Shown here: positions 50,842-60,090 of the stretch, one piece after another
Layout of the letters: every line of letters begins with the position of its first letter
Position numbering within the stretch: the stretch's first letter is position 1
The notes under the pieces: generated by a model
Seen by the model: the letters and a program-made list of their open reading frames with translations, nothing else
Database searches by the model: none
What the model was told of the DNA's origin: nothing
DNA from: Longimicrobiales bacterium
GTDB taxonomy: Bacteria > Gemmatimonadota > Gemmatimonadetes > Longimicrobiales > Gaopeijiaceae
Assembly: GCA_965202985.1 (NCBI GenBank)
Contig: CBDBCF010000001.1
Coordinates: 384,001-448,000, forward strand
Length of the DNA stretch: 64,000 nt
Direction of reading: 5' to 3'
Made by a program: the position numbers and the translations under genes

Positions 50842-51903
50842 TCAGACGCCGTTCTCCGCTGTCTCCAGCAACTCGTCGCCGGTGTCGCAGTCCACGACCG
50901 CGTCCCCGACCCGAGCCAACTCCTTCGCACCCATCCCCTCCACCAGCCCCTCCAGCCGCTGCGCCGTCTCCGCCCCGAACCGCCGCGAAGCCTGCCGCAG
51001 CACCATCGACCGGCCTTGCTCGGCGCGGCCTTGCTCCCGGCCTTGTTCCCGGCCCTCCGCTCGGCCCCGCTCCCACCCCCGTTGCTCGTGGCCCCTCGCC
51101 CAGTCTTCGTAGGTCTCCATGTCGCCCTCTCCTCTCGGTTCGATGATCCACTCCACCGCCTGCCGCCGGCGCTCCGCCGGCCCGCTCGCAACCCGCAACC
51201 GCTCCTCCGTCCACATCGCCAGCGCACTGCGCACGTCCGAGTGCTCCGGTCCGCCCCAGCGCCTCGCCAAGCTCCGGCGAACACGCGGCAGATGCGTCCA
51301 CGGAGCACGCTCCAACGCCGCAGTCCAACTCAACACGCTGTCCCCCGGAAGCAAGTCTTGCCCGAACGCCGACTGCAAGTCAAGCACACGATGGCCGTGG
51401 GCGTGCGCCAGGTCGCCCCCAAGACCGCGCACCGCCTCCGGCGGGAGCCGCGGCCGCCCGCGCACAAACTCGGCCAGCGTCGCGACCGCATCCCACGGCG
51501 GCACGCCCGAGTAGACGACCACCGACATCGTGTACGGCACCGCGCCGCCCGGGTCCCGCAGGCCCGGATACCGATGGAACGCCAAGTGCGCCGCTTGGCT
51601 GTAGTCCATCGTGCGGAAGAGCATCTCGCGATCCAACGACGACTGGAACTCGACCAGGAACACGACCGACGCCCGACCGTCCTTGAACCACGCCCGCCAC
51701 GCGCAGTCGCCCAGCCGGCGCTGCAACTCCGGGCTCACGCTCTCGGTGGGAAACGGCTCGAGCGTCGCCAGGTCGAGCGTGCGGCTCCAGCCGTGGGCGG
51801 CGAAGTCGCGGATCAGGTCGGCGGCCGGCGGCGCACGCGAGAACAGGAGCTTGTAGGTCTCGTCGTGCCGGCGCGACTCGGGCGCTTGGGCGGAACGGTC
51901 CAT
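50842..51903 (-). CDS. Rpn (YhgA-like) recombination-promoting nuclease/putative transposase
   Basis: 'HDETYKLLFS', 'LDLATLE', 'RLGDCAW', 'LVEFQS', 'VVYSG..W', Gly/Glu/Arg repeats and DUF4351-like tail. Confidence 0.88.
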   Translation of the reverse strand: MDRSAQAPESRRHDETYKLLFSRAPPAADLIRDFAAHGWSRTLDLATLEPFPTESVSPELQRRLGDCAWRAWFKDGRASVVFLVEFQSSLDREMLFRTMDYSQAAHLAFHRYPGLRDPGGAVPYTMSVVVYSGVPPWDAVATLAEFVRGRPRLPPEAVRGLGGDLAHAHGHRVLDLQSAFGQDLLPGDSVLSWTAALERAPWTHLPRVRRSLARRWGGPEHSDVRSALAMWTEERLRVASGPAERRRQAVEWIIEPRGEGDMETYEDWARGHEQRGWERGRAEGREQGREQGRAEQGRSMVLRQASRRFGAETAQRLEGLVEGMGAKELARVGDAVVDCDTGDELLETAENGV

Positions 51904-52020
51904 GCGGGGAGCGGCCTCCTTGCGGGGCGTGCGAGGGATCATGCCTCGCGACGGGCGCAGGACCGCGTCCGCCGGAGCAGGCGGACAGAATTGCGACTAC
52001 CGCATCAACAGTCCGTCATC
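51887..52020. repeat. ~130-bp imperfect direct repeat covering the rpn leader and start
   Basis: Matches 50679-50808. Confidence 0.85.
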
Positions 52021-52143
52021 ACGCGGGGGCGAGCGCACTTGCGGCCGGCTCTCGGGGCGGATACCCAAACCATGGGGCCGACCGCTTTTGCAACGCCTGC
52101 CCGCGAATCCATCGGCCGTCGTGTCGGGCGACGGAACTTCCGT

Positions 52144-54000
52144 CTAGCAGGAAACGCAGTTGTGGTTGTTCACGGCCCCCAGGCTCTCCAGCAGCGCCAC
52201 GGTCTCGGGGAACGGCTGGATGCGCTGGACCGGGCCGTTGGCCATGTCCACGGTGGTCTGGCCGCGCCGGCTTACGACCGTCACGTCGGCGCCCTGCTCC
52301 ACCAAGTAGCGGATCAGCTCGTTGTCGCCCCGAGCCGCCGCGTGGTGCAGGGGGCTGTAGCCGTCGTGGTCGCGCGCGTTCACGTCGGCTCCGAGCTCCT
52401 CGACCAAGTACCGCACCGCGGGCAACCAACCGTCGGGAACGTGGCGGTGGGCGTTGGCGGCGAAGCCCTGCCCGTACCCGACGCCCGACGCCGCGTGGAT
52501 CGGATGGACCGCCGGACCCCCGACGGGAACGGGAGGCAATCCCGATTGATCGTCTTCGTCGCCCCCCCTCGAGTAGCGCCGGGACGGCACCTTCACGGTG
52601 GGCGTCGACGGGTCCGCGCCCCGGCTGGTCAGCAGTCGCATCGCCTCCACGTCCAGCGCGTAGGCCGCGCGCCAAAAGGGAGTCGCGCCCTTCGCGTCGA
52701 TCTGCAACAGGTCGAAGTTGTACGACATGAACCAGAGGTGCTTGGTCAGCCGAGCATTGGGATCGGCGCCGGCGTCCAGCAGCTTGCGCATCACCTCCAA
52801 GTAGGTTTGGTCCTGCTGCATGTAGACGTGCTGCTGGGGGTAGCGCGACTTGGGCGCCCAGTGGGTGTTGATCGCCGCGAAGAGAGGCGCGGCGCCCGCA
52901 TGGCTCGCGACGTTGGGGTCCGCGCCGCGGTCCAGGAGGCTCATCGCCAGGTCGAAGTGGCCGTTGATCAGCGCCATGAGCATGGGGCTGGCGCCGTCGC
53001 CGGCGCTGGTCTGGTCGATCTCCGCACCGCCGTCCAGCAACGCCCGGGCGGTCTCGTCGTGGCCTTCCCGGGCTGCGTGCAGAAGCGCCGTGAGTCCTCC
53101 GTGGCCGCCGACCAGCTCGCCGTAGGACAGGGGCTCGGGCTCCTCGATCATCCGCGTCCGACCCTCTTCTTGCGACGCCGCCTCCGCCAGCGCGCGCCGG
53201 GCCTCTTGCCGCTGCCTCTCCGCTTCAGTCTGGCGTCGCTCCGCATCCGCTTGCCGACGCGCCGCCTCCGCCGCTGCCGGATCCCACGCCTCCCCCGCCT
53301 TGAGACGCTTGTTCCGCTCGGCCCGATCGATCCGGTCGGCAACGGCCCGCTCCGCCACGTCGATCACCTTCGTGGCGACGGAGGGGTCGGCCCCCGCGGC
53401 CAGCAACAACCGCACAGCCGAGGTCCTGCCCGCCGAAGCCGCAAAGATCAACGGCGTCTGCCCCCACGCCGTCTCGGCGGCGTTCGGGTCCGCGCCCGCG
53501 GCCAGCAACGCCTCCACGGTGCGCCCGTCTCCCGCCTGCGCCGCAAAGTGGAGCGCCCGCGCGCCGCCCGTCTCCGTGGTGGCCGCCTCGGGGTCGGCGC
53601 CGCCGGCCAGCAGCAGCTCGGTCACCTCCCCCGCCCCGGCCTGCGCGGCCATGTGAAGCGGCGCGTAGTCCCCGATGCGGGTTCCCGCACCCACTTTCGC
53701 CCCCGCTCCCAGCAGGAAGCGCACCAGCGCGGCGTCCCGGTTGCGAGCCGCCCAGTGAAGCGCGGTCATCCCGTCGCCCTGGGGCTGGTTCACGTCGCTC
53801 CCTTGCCCGACCAGCGACCGCACGGCGTCGGCGTCCCCCCGCATGGCCGCGTCGGCAACCGGCGAGGAGAGGCCGGGCCGCAACGCCGCGCCGCCTACCC
53901 GCGACGTCGGCCCCTGGAGAGCCCCGGCGGAGTGGCGCTCGGGGACCGCCCAAGGCGCAAGAACGACCAGCGCCGCCGTCAGCAACGCGCTCCGGCCCAT
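52144..54000 (-). CDS. Secreted ankyrin-repeat protein, copy 2
   Basis: Signal peptide, ankyrin repeats, ends 'NNHNCVSC'; clear paralogue of copy 1. Confidence 0.9.
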   Translation of the reverse strand: MGRSALLTAALVVLAPWAVPERHSAGALQGPTSRVGGAALRPGLSSPVADAAMRGDADAVRSLVGQGSDVNQPQGDGMTALHWAARNRDAALVRFLLGAGAKVGAGTRIGDYAPLHMAAQAGAGEVTELLLAGGADPEAATTETGGARALHFAAQAGDGRTVEALLAAGADPNAAETAWGQTPLIFAASAGRTSAVRLLLAAGADPSVATKVIDVAERAVADRIDRAERNKRLKAGEAWDPAAAEAARRQADAERRQTEAERQRQEARRALAEAASQEEGRTRMIEEPEPLSYGELVGGHGGLTALLHAAREGHDETARALLDGGAEIDQTSAGDGASPMLMALINGHFDLAMSLLDRGADPNVASHAGAAPLFAAINTHWAPKSRYPQQHVYMQQDQTYLEVMRKLLDAGADPNARLTKHLWFMSYNFDLLQIDAKGATPFWRAAYALDVEAMRLLTSRGADPSTPTVKVPSRRYSRGGDEDDQSGLPPVPVGGPAVHPIHAASGVGYGQGFAANAHRHVPDGWLPAVRYLVEELGADVNARDHDGYSPLHHAAARGDNELIRYLVEQGADVTVVSRRGQTTVDMANGPVQRIQPFPETVALLESLGAVNNHNCVSC

Positions 54001-54009
54001 GGCCGCCCC

Positions 54010-55401
54010 CTACACCGCCAGCGAGAAGTCGCCGGTGCTGTTGCCGAAGCGTTCCATGTCGTCCATCCCCAGCTTGTGCGCCAGAGAGAGCATGACGTTG
54101 GCCATCGGCGTTCCCGGCGCCGCCCGCAGGTGCATGCCGCCGTCCAACGCGCCGTTCGCCTTGCCGGCGACGAACAGCGGGCAGCGCTTGTGGTTGTGCA
54201 CGTTCGGGTCGCCCATCGGCGAGCCGTAGACGATCATCGTGCGCTCCAGCAGGTCCGCGTCGCCGTCCATCGTCTCGCGCAGCCGGTCGAAGAAGTAGGT
54301 CAGCTGCCCCACGTGGTAGCGGTTGATTTGGGCGAAGTCGGTGATGTTCCCTTCGTTGCCGCCGTGGTGGGACGCCGGATGGAAGGGCTTGTCCACGCCG
54401 CTCTCGGGGAAGATGCGGGCCGACGAGTCCCGTCCCATCTTGAAGGAGAAGACCCGCGTGGCGTCCGACGCGAACGCCAGCGCCTGCAGGTCGAACATGA
54501 GCCGCACGTGTTCCTCGAACGAGTCGGGCACGCCGGCGGGCGCTTCGGGCAACTCCCTTCCCTCGCCGCTGGCGTTCCGGGCTTCCACGGTCTCGATGCG
54601 CCGCTCCAACTCGCGCACGTTCTCCATGTAGCGGTCCAGCCGGATCAGGTCGGCCGGCCCCAGCGTCCGCTTCAACTGGGCGACCCGCCCAGCGATGAAG
54701 TCCAGGATGCTCCGGTTGGCCAAGCGCCGCGCAGCCCGCTCCTCCGGCGAGCCGCCCGCGCCGAAGATCTGGTCGAAGGCGACTCGGGGGTCGCGCACCA
54801 TCGGCAGCGGTTCGGTGGGCGAGGCCCAGCTGATCGTGTCGGTGTAGACGCAGGCGTAGCCGTAGGCGCACCCGCCGGATTGGTCCACGTTCTCGATGCA
54901 GAGCTGCATCGACGGAATCGGCGTGTCCTGGCCGAACCGCTGGGCGAACATCTGGTCCAGCGACGTGCCGACGAAGATGTCCGAGCCCTCGGTCTGCCGC
55001 GGGTGCGACTGGGTGAGGAAGGTGGCGCTGGAGCGGAAGTGGTCGCCCCCGATCTCCTTGGGCTTCTTGGCTTCCGCCGGCTCCACGTCGGTGTCGCTGA
55101 CGATCGTCAGGTAGTCCCGATACGGCTCCAGCGGGCTGAGCGCGCTGGGCGACAGGTCGAAGTGCCGTCCCGTCTCCGCAGGCGACCAGTAGTTCCGCGT
55201 GGCGCCCCACTCGTTGCTCCCCGCCGCCCCGTGCACCATCTCGATCGCCACCAGGCGGGTGGGTCCGCTCGCCGCCGAGGCCGCCCCCGACGCCCGCAGC
55301 CCCGCCGGGATCATCGCGTCCAGGAACGGCAGCGAAACGGTGGCCCCCACGCCTTTCAGGAACACGCGGCGGGGGATGCTGGCTCCGGTGATCAGGCGCA
55401 T
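54010..55401 (-). CDS. DUF1552-domain protein, copy 2
   Basis: 'PRRVFLKGVGATVSLPFL', same Cys/His motifs as copy 1; AGGAGG RBS. Confidence 0.9.
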   Translation of the reverse strand: MRLITGASIPRRVFLKGVGATVSLPFLDAMIPAGLRASGAASAASGPTRLVAIEMVHGAAGSNEWGATRNYWSPAETGRHFDLSPSALSPLEPYRDYLTIVSDTDVEPAEAKKPKEIGGDHFRSSATFLTQSHPRQTEGSDIFVGTSLDQMFAQRFGQDTPIPSMQLCIENVDQSGGCAYGYACVYTDTISWASPTEPLPMVRDPRVAFDQIFGAGGSPEERAARRLANRSILDFIAGRVAQLKRTLGPADLIRLDRYMENVRELERRIETVEARNASGEGRELPEAPAGVPDSFEEHVRLMFDLQALAFASDATRVFSFKMGRDSSARIFPESGVDKPFHPASHHGGNEGNITDFAQINRYHVGQLTYFFDRLRETMDGDADLLERTMIVYGSPMGDPNVHNHKRCPLFVAGKANGALDGGMHLRAAPGTPMANVMLSLAHKLGMDDMERFGNSTGDFSLAV

Positions 55402-55498
55402 GGTCTCTGCCTCCTGTGGCGCGGTCCACTTGGCGGCCTGGGGTTCAGGAACGCCGATTCCAAGCTACCGAGACGGGGCCGCCCGCGCCAATTCCGCC

Positions 55499-57109
55499 TC
55501 ACATCCCCCAGACTTCGATCTCGACGCCGCTCTCCGCCCTTCGGCTCCGGCGAAAGACCTTCTCTTCCCAGCTGCGGCCCTCCCGGCGGTCGAAGACGAC
55601 CAGATGGCCGGCCTCCGCGTCGCAGCGGTCCATGTAGCCCGCCGTCTGCTCCACGCCGTCGGCGACGGTGCGCTCCAAGCTCGCGTGCAACACCTTGCAC
55701 TCGATCACGAACTTTTGCGTCCGGCCGGCTGGCGCGGCCCCCGAATCCAATTCGGCCCGGCCCTCCGGCCACGTCACCAACAGGTCCGTGCGCCCGCGTC
55801 CCAGCCCGTACTCCCGCTCGATCCGCCCACCGCTGTTGACGACCCTCTGCAAGAACGCCTGCAGGAGCAGCTGCGGTCCCGCCTCCTGGTACTGGAATCG
55901 TCCCGCCCAGTGCTCCGAGTGCTCCCGGAAGAACTGCTGGAACGCGGCCAGCAGCTTGTCCATCCGCAGGTTGCCCGAGTCGTCCACATACCATGTGATC
56001 TCGTCCGCCATCTCCTCTTGCGGCAACAACGAGAGCTCCCGAGGCACCACTTCGGCGTAGATCGGATTCGCCATTCGAACCGGCCGGTCCTGGGCGATCA
56101 AACCCAAGTCCCGAACGTACTCGACGTCGCGCAGGGCGAACCGCCGCTCGGGCGCGCCGGTCAGCAACGGTTCGACGACGCGGCGCACGCGGTCTTCCTG
56201 CAACTTGTCCGTCAACTGATCCAGATGGGTGTCCCGCCGAAGGATCAGCGCCTCCCGGGCCTCCAGCACGTCGGCTTCGGCTATCTGACGGGACCTGTCC
56301 TTTGCCGGGGCGCCGCGAAAGCAGGTCTGATAAGCGAGCGCATTGACCAGCCACGGCTGGCCCCTGGTCTGTGTCCAGACGGCCTTCATCGCATCGTCGG
56401 CGAAGGGCTGGCCCGTCTCCTCGGCGTGCTGCCGGAGCAATGCGCGCACTTCGTTCTTGGAGAAATCGCCCAGGCGCAACGACTCCGCCTTGATGTTGAA
56501 CGCGCTGCCGCCTGCGATCATGGTGTTGGCCGAGCCGGAACGGATGCGGTAGTCGCGCACGTCGCGCACGCCGCACAGCACCACGCTCTGGGGGAAGCCT
56601 CCGGGGCGCAGGTCGTACCCCGCGCGCAGTTGTCGCAGGACCGACAGGAGAGCGTCGCCCACGAGCGCGTCGATCTCGTCGATCAGGAGCACCAGCGGCT
56701 GGACGACGGCGCGGGCCCAGCGCGTCAACGCCTCGCGCAGGGCGCTGTCGGGACCGCGCTTCTCGAGGATTGCCGGCCAGATCTCCTCCAACGACTCGTC
56801 TCCAACCGCGTCGTAGGCCCGCGACGCGAGCTCGGCCAGCACGGTGCCCACGACCCGCGCCACGTCTTCTCGGGCCGGTTGCCCGGCTTCGACGTTGACG
56901 TAGACGCAACGGTAGCGACCCTCGGCGTTCAGCAGGTCTTGCAGCGCAAGCAACGCGGAGGTCTTGCCGGTCTGGCGCGGCGCATGGAGGACGAAGTAGC
57001 GATTCTGGGCGATCAGCCCTTGAATCTCTGCCAAGTTCACCCGGTCGAGAGGCGGAACGCAGTAGTGGTCGCTTGCCACCACCGGACCGGACGTGTTGAA
57101 GTAGCGCAT
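55499..57109 (-). CDS. AAA-family ATPase with C-terminal PD-(D/E)xK-like domain (intact)
   Basis: 'HAPRQTGKT', 'LLIDEID', 'REYGLGRGRTDL..FVIECK'. TGATG overlap with the upstream gene. Confidence 0.87.
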   Translation of the reverse strand: MRYFNTSGPVVASDHYCVPPLDRVNLAEIQGLIAQNRYFVLHAPRQTGKTSALLALQDLLNAEGRYRCVYVNVEAGQPAREDVARVVGTVLAELASRAYDAVGDESLEEIWPAILEKRGPDSALREALTRWARAVVQPLVLLIDEIDALVGDALLSVLRQLRAGYDLRPGGFPQSVVLCGVRDVRDYRIRSGSANTMIAGGSAFNIKAESLRLGDFSKNEVRALLRQHAEETGQPFADDAMKAVWTQTRGQPWLVNALAYQTCFRGAPAKDRSRQIAEADVLEAREALILRRDTHLDQLTDKLQEDRVRRVVEPLLTGAPERRFALRDVEYVRDLGLIAQDRPVRMANPIYAEVVPRELSLLPQEEMADEITWYVDDSGNLRMDKLLAAFQQFFREHSEHWAGRFQYQEAGPQLLLQAFLQRVVNSGGRIEREYGLGRGRTDLLVTWPEGRAELDSGAAPAGRTQKFVIECKVLHASLERTVADGVEQTAGYMDRCDAEAGHLVVFDRREGRSWEEKVFRRSRRAESGVEIEVWGM

Positions 57110-60042
57110 CAGGCGCGCGTGGCCTTTCCGCCGTGCACGGTGGGCTCGGCGCACCAGCTGCTCCGCAGCGCCGCCAAGCCGTCCAGAAGCTCCTCGGGCA
57201 GCCCCAGCACGTCCACCAGCAACGCCCGGTCCAGCTCCTGACGCACCGGGTCGCGGTACGCCTCGTTGGCAGGCAACATCTTGCGGTCGCGAAAGTCGGC
57301 GAACACGGCTTGGGCACGGGCCGACTGCTCCTCCGACAGCGCCCGCGCGTCAAGTGCAAGCAGCTCGGGCAGGCGACTGATCGTGAGCATCGCTCGTCCC
57401 TGTTGCTGACGCATGCCCAACCACCAGAAGCCGATCAACCCCAGCGTGCTGTTCGCCCAAAGCGCCAACGGCTTCTCCCACTCCGACCGATCGGCCACGA
57501 AGTTGGGCCACGCCCGGCCGCCGATGCTCTTCTCCGGCGTCAGGCAGGCGGCCAAGCTCTGAGAGTTGAGCTGAAAGTCCAAGTTGAAGTGCAACTGGGA
57601 CGCCGTCTTCTGCCACACGTCCACGGCCTGCGCTCCCTTGCCCTCCCGGACGACGCCCTCTCTGTCGGGAGCGACCACCAAGCGTCGTTCGCGGTCGGCG
57701 TCGTGAGCCCAAAGGACCGGGTACAACGGCTGGTCGCGCGCAACCAGAATGTCGAACGGACCCCTGGGCGCGCCACCGGGGTGCTTGCCCGAGATGTCCC
57801 GGTGAAGCAGCCCTCGCCTCCCAAGCCGGCCCAAGGGTGCGACCGGGACCGCGGGGCGTTCGCTTGTCCTGGGAAGCGCGAGCGTGCCCGCCCGAAGCGA
57901 CAGCATGGCCTCCGCCAGCGTCGGCTCCCGCAACGCCGCGCATCCGCCCTCCGCCAACGGCGCGCGAACGAAGCTGCCGGCGTCGTCGGCATCGCCCAGC
58001 TTCAGCCGTCCGCTTCGGCGCTGCGGGTCGATCCGCCGCACGACGTCGGCCAGCACCGCCGCCTCCCCCAGCGTGCGCGGACGGCGAAGCAGGTTGATGA
58101 AGAGGGCGTCTCCCGACTCCGAATCCGCTTCGGCGCTGCGCTTCCTGGTGCCGACGACCAGCGCTTCCGCCATTCCCGTGTCCGCCGAGAACGCCCGCTC
58201 CGTCTTGCCGCTGGCCGCGATCGACACCACCAACACATCCTCATAGTGGCGGGCCAGCAGGACCCGGGCCGCCTTCCACGAACCGCCCTGCACGAAGGCG
58301 GCAGGCAACACCAAGGCTACTACCCCACCGGGCTTCGTCTTCACATGAGCCAAGTCCACGAAGTACGACGCCAGCCCCGCGTTTCCCGCCCCGGCCGGTG
58401 CGTCCAGCCCTTTTCGCAGCCGGGCGAGCTTGCCCGACATGGCCTTCTGCTCGGCTTGCGACGTCTCGAAGCCCGCGAACGACGGCACCGGGATCGTCGT
58501 GGACTCGTGGTTGGTGGGCCGCGTGAACGGGGGATTCATGATCAGCAGGTCGCCGCTCTGGTCGGAAAGGTCCACCACGTGCGGGTCGGCGGCCTCTTCG
58601 GCCTCGCCTGTGCCGCGAACCTGCTTGCGGCCCGTGCCGAAGGCGTCGATCTGCAGGCTTGGGCCCGTGCCCATCAGGGATCGCGCCGACTCCTGGCCCA
58701 AGAGGTCCAGCGATCCGATGGAGAGCGGGCGGCCCGTTTCCGACGGCTGCTCCCCATAGGGCATCGTCACGATGCGCGTGCCGCCGAAGGGGACGGTCGG
58801 ATGAGCGCCCGATAGGATCGAGGCCGTCAGGTGCGTTGCGGCTGGCATGATGTCCGCCGCGATCAAGGCCCCCTCCATCATCCCGGCATGGATGTGCTGG
58901 TCGTCTCCGGCGGCGCGGCGGTGACGGGCGCGGACCGATTGGTAGGCGGCGTTCAACAGGGTGCCGGTCCCGCACGCCAAATCGGCGATCCGCAGTCCGC
59001 ACACGTCCTCAGGAGTGCCCCACTCCACGTCCAGGCGCGGAACCGACAGCTCCGACAACAGCGTCGCCGATGCCGGCAAGGTGTAGAAGGTGGCCAAGAA
59101 CTTCCGGTCCACGATCAGACGCTGGAACATCTGGCCCGACAAGTCGTGCGTCCCCGCCGCGCCTATCTGGGCCAAGCTCCTTGCCGCGGGCACCAGTCTG
59201 TTCAGGATCACGCACCCAAGGTCAACGGGAAACGGCCGCAGCAGGTCGGTGGCTATCTTGAAGATTGGCCAGTAGTTGATCTCGCGCAGGATTCTGCGCC
59301 AGCAGTCCAGGACCAGGGCCTTGTCGAAGTTGCCCGTGTTCTGGAAGCGCAAGTCGTCGAGCGGCGAAATGTCGTGGGAACCCTCGATCGTCACGTGAAA
59401 GGTGAGCGCGTTGGCGACGATCGCCATCGCCATCCGCGTGGTCTGCTCGCTCGGCTCCTGGTGCAGCACGGCGGAGATGCGGTCCAGCGTATTCTTTTTC
59501 TGCCACCGCACGAGTTCTTCCAGTCGGAACGCCGCTTGCCGGACCGCGACTTCGAGGATCTCGGTACCCTCGGCGACTTTCCGTTCCGACAGGGCCGCGT
59601 GTTCGATGCACGCCGCCAAGTCGTTCGCATCTCCGTCCAGCCAGCCTGCCTCCGGCCACCGGACGGGCGCTTCGGGCTCGCCCGCCAAGACGGCGTAGCG
59701 ATATCGAGCTTCCGCGACTCGGTTGGCAAGTGCTCCCTGGCCGGTCCGAAGTTCGCGCGGCAATAGAACGGCGATCGCCTGTTCCACAACCTCGCCGGGC
59801 CTGTCCATGACTTGCCCCAGCCGAGCGCACGCGTCCTGTTCGACTGTCGCCCCAGGCGCGAACTCCGTCTCAACGACAACGACTTGGCCGCCGGGGTGAC
59901 GGACTACGATGTCAGGGCGCCTCGCCGCCTCCCGCAGGACGCGCGACTGCTCCACGCCAATTCCGTCCCGCCAAGCCGGGTGCTTCGTGCGCAGGAGATC
60001 GCCCAGCTGCACGTTGACGGTTGCTTCGCTGTTGGTCGGCAT
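57109..60042 (-). CDS. Fused restriction endonuclease / N6-adenine methyltransferase (Type IIG-like)
   Basis: N-terminal 'RPDIVV..VVETEF', motif X 'FYT', motif I 'DLACGTG', motif IV 'MNPPF', C-terminal TRD-like region. Confidence 0.85.
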   Translation of the reverse strand: MPTNSEATVNVQLGDLLRTKHPAWRDGIGVEQSRVLREAARRPDIVVRHPGGQVVVVETEFAPGATVEQDACARLGQVMDRPGEVVEQAIAVLLPRELRTGQGALANRVAEARYRYAVLAGEPEAPVRWPEAGWLDGDANDLAACIEHAALSERKVAEGTEILEVAVRQAAFRLEELVRWQKKNTLDRISAVLHQEPSEQTTRMAMAIVANALTFHVTIEGSHDISPLDDLRFQNTGNFDKALVLDCWRRILREINYWPIFKIATDLLRPFPVDLGCVILNRLVPAARSLAQIGAAGTHDLSGQMFQRLIVDRKFLATFYTLPASATLLSELSVPRLDVEWGTPEDVCGLRIADLACGTGTLLNAAYQSVRARHRRAAGDDQHIHAGMMEGALIAADIMPAATHLTASILSGAHPTVPFGGTRIVTMPYGEQPSETGRPLSIGSLDLLGQESARSLMGTGPSLQIDAFGTGRKQVRGTGEAEEAADPHVVDLSDQSGDLLIMNPPFTRPTNHESTTIPVPSFAGFETSQAEQKAMSGKLARLRKGLDAPAGAGNAGLASYFVDLAHVKTKPGGVVALVLPAAFVQGGSWKAARVLLARHYEDVLVVSIAASGKTERAFSADTGMAEALVVGTRKRSAEADSESGDALFINLLRRPRTLGEAAVLADVVRRIDPQRRSGRLKLGDADDAGSFVRAPLAEGGCAALREPTLAEAMLSLRAGTLALPRTSERPAVPVAPLGRLGRRGLLHRDISGKHPGGAPRGPFDILVARDQPLYPVLWAHDADRERRLVVAPDREGVVREGKGAQAVDVWQKTASQLHFNLDFQLNSQSLAACLTPEKSIGGRAWPNFVADRSEWEKPLALWANSTLGLIGFWWLGMRQQQGRAMLTISRLPELLALDARALSEEQSARAQAVFADFRDRKMLPANEAYRDPVRQELDRALLVDVLGLPEELLDGLAALRSSWCAEPTVHGGKATRA

Positions 60043-60090
60043 CGCTCACCTGGCTTTCGGACACAAGAGCCTCCACGAGAATAACGAACG

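Noticed and set aside
51016..55839. 1607-aa plus-strand ORF and similar long antisense ORFs (e.g. 33516-37097, 8118-10607)
   Set aside because: They overlap well-supported minus-strand genes and reflect stop-codon scarcity at high GC.
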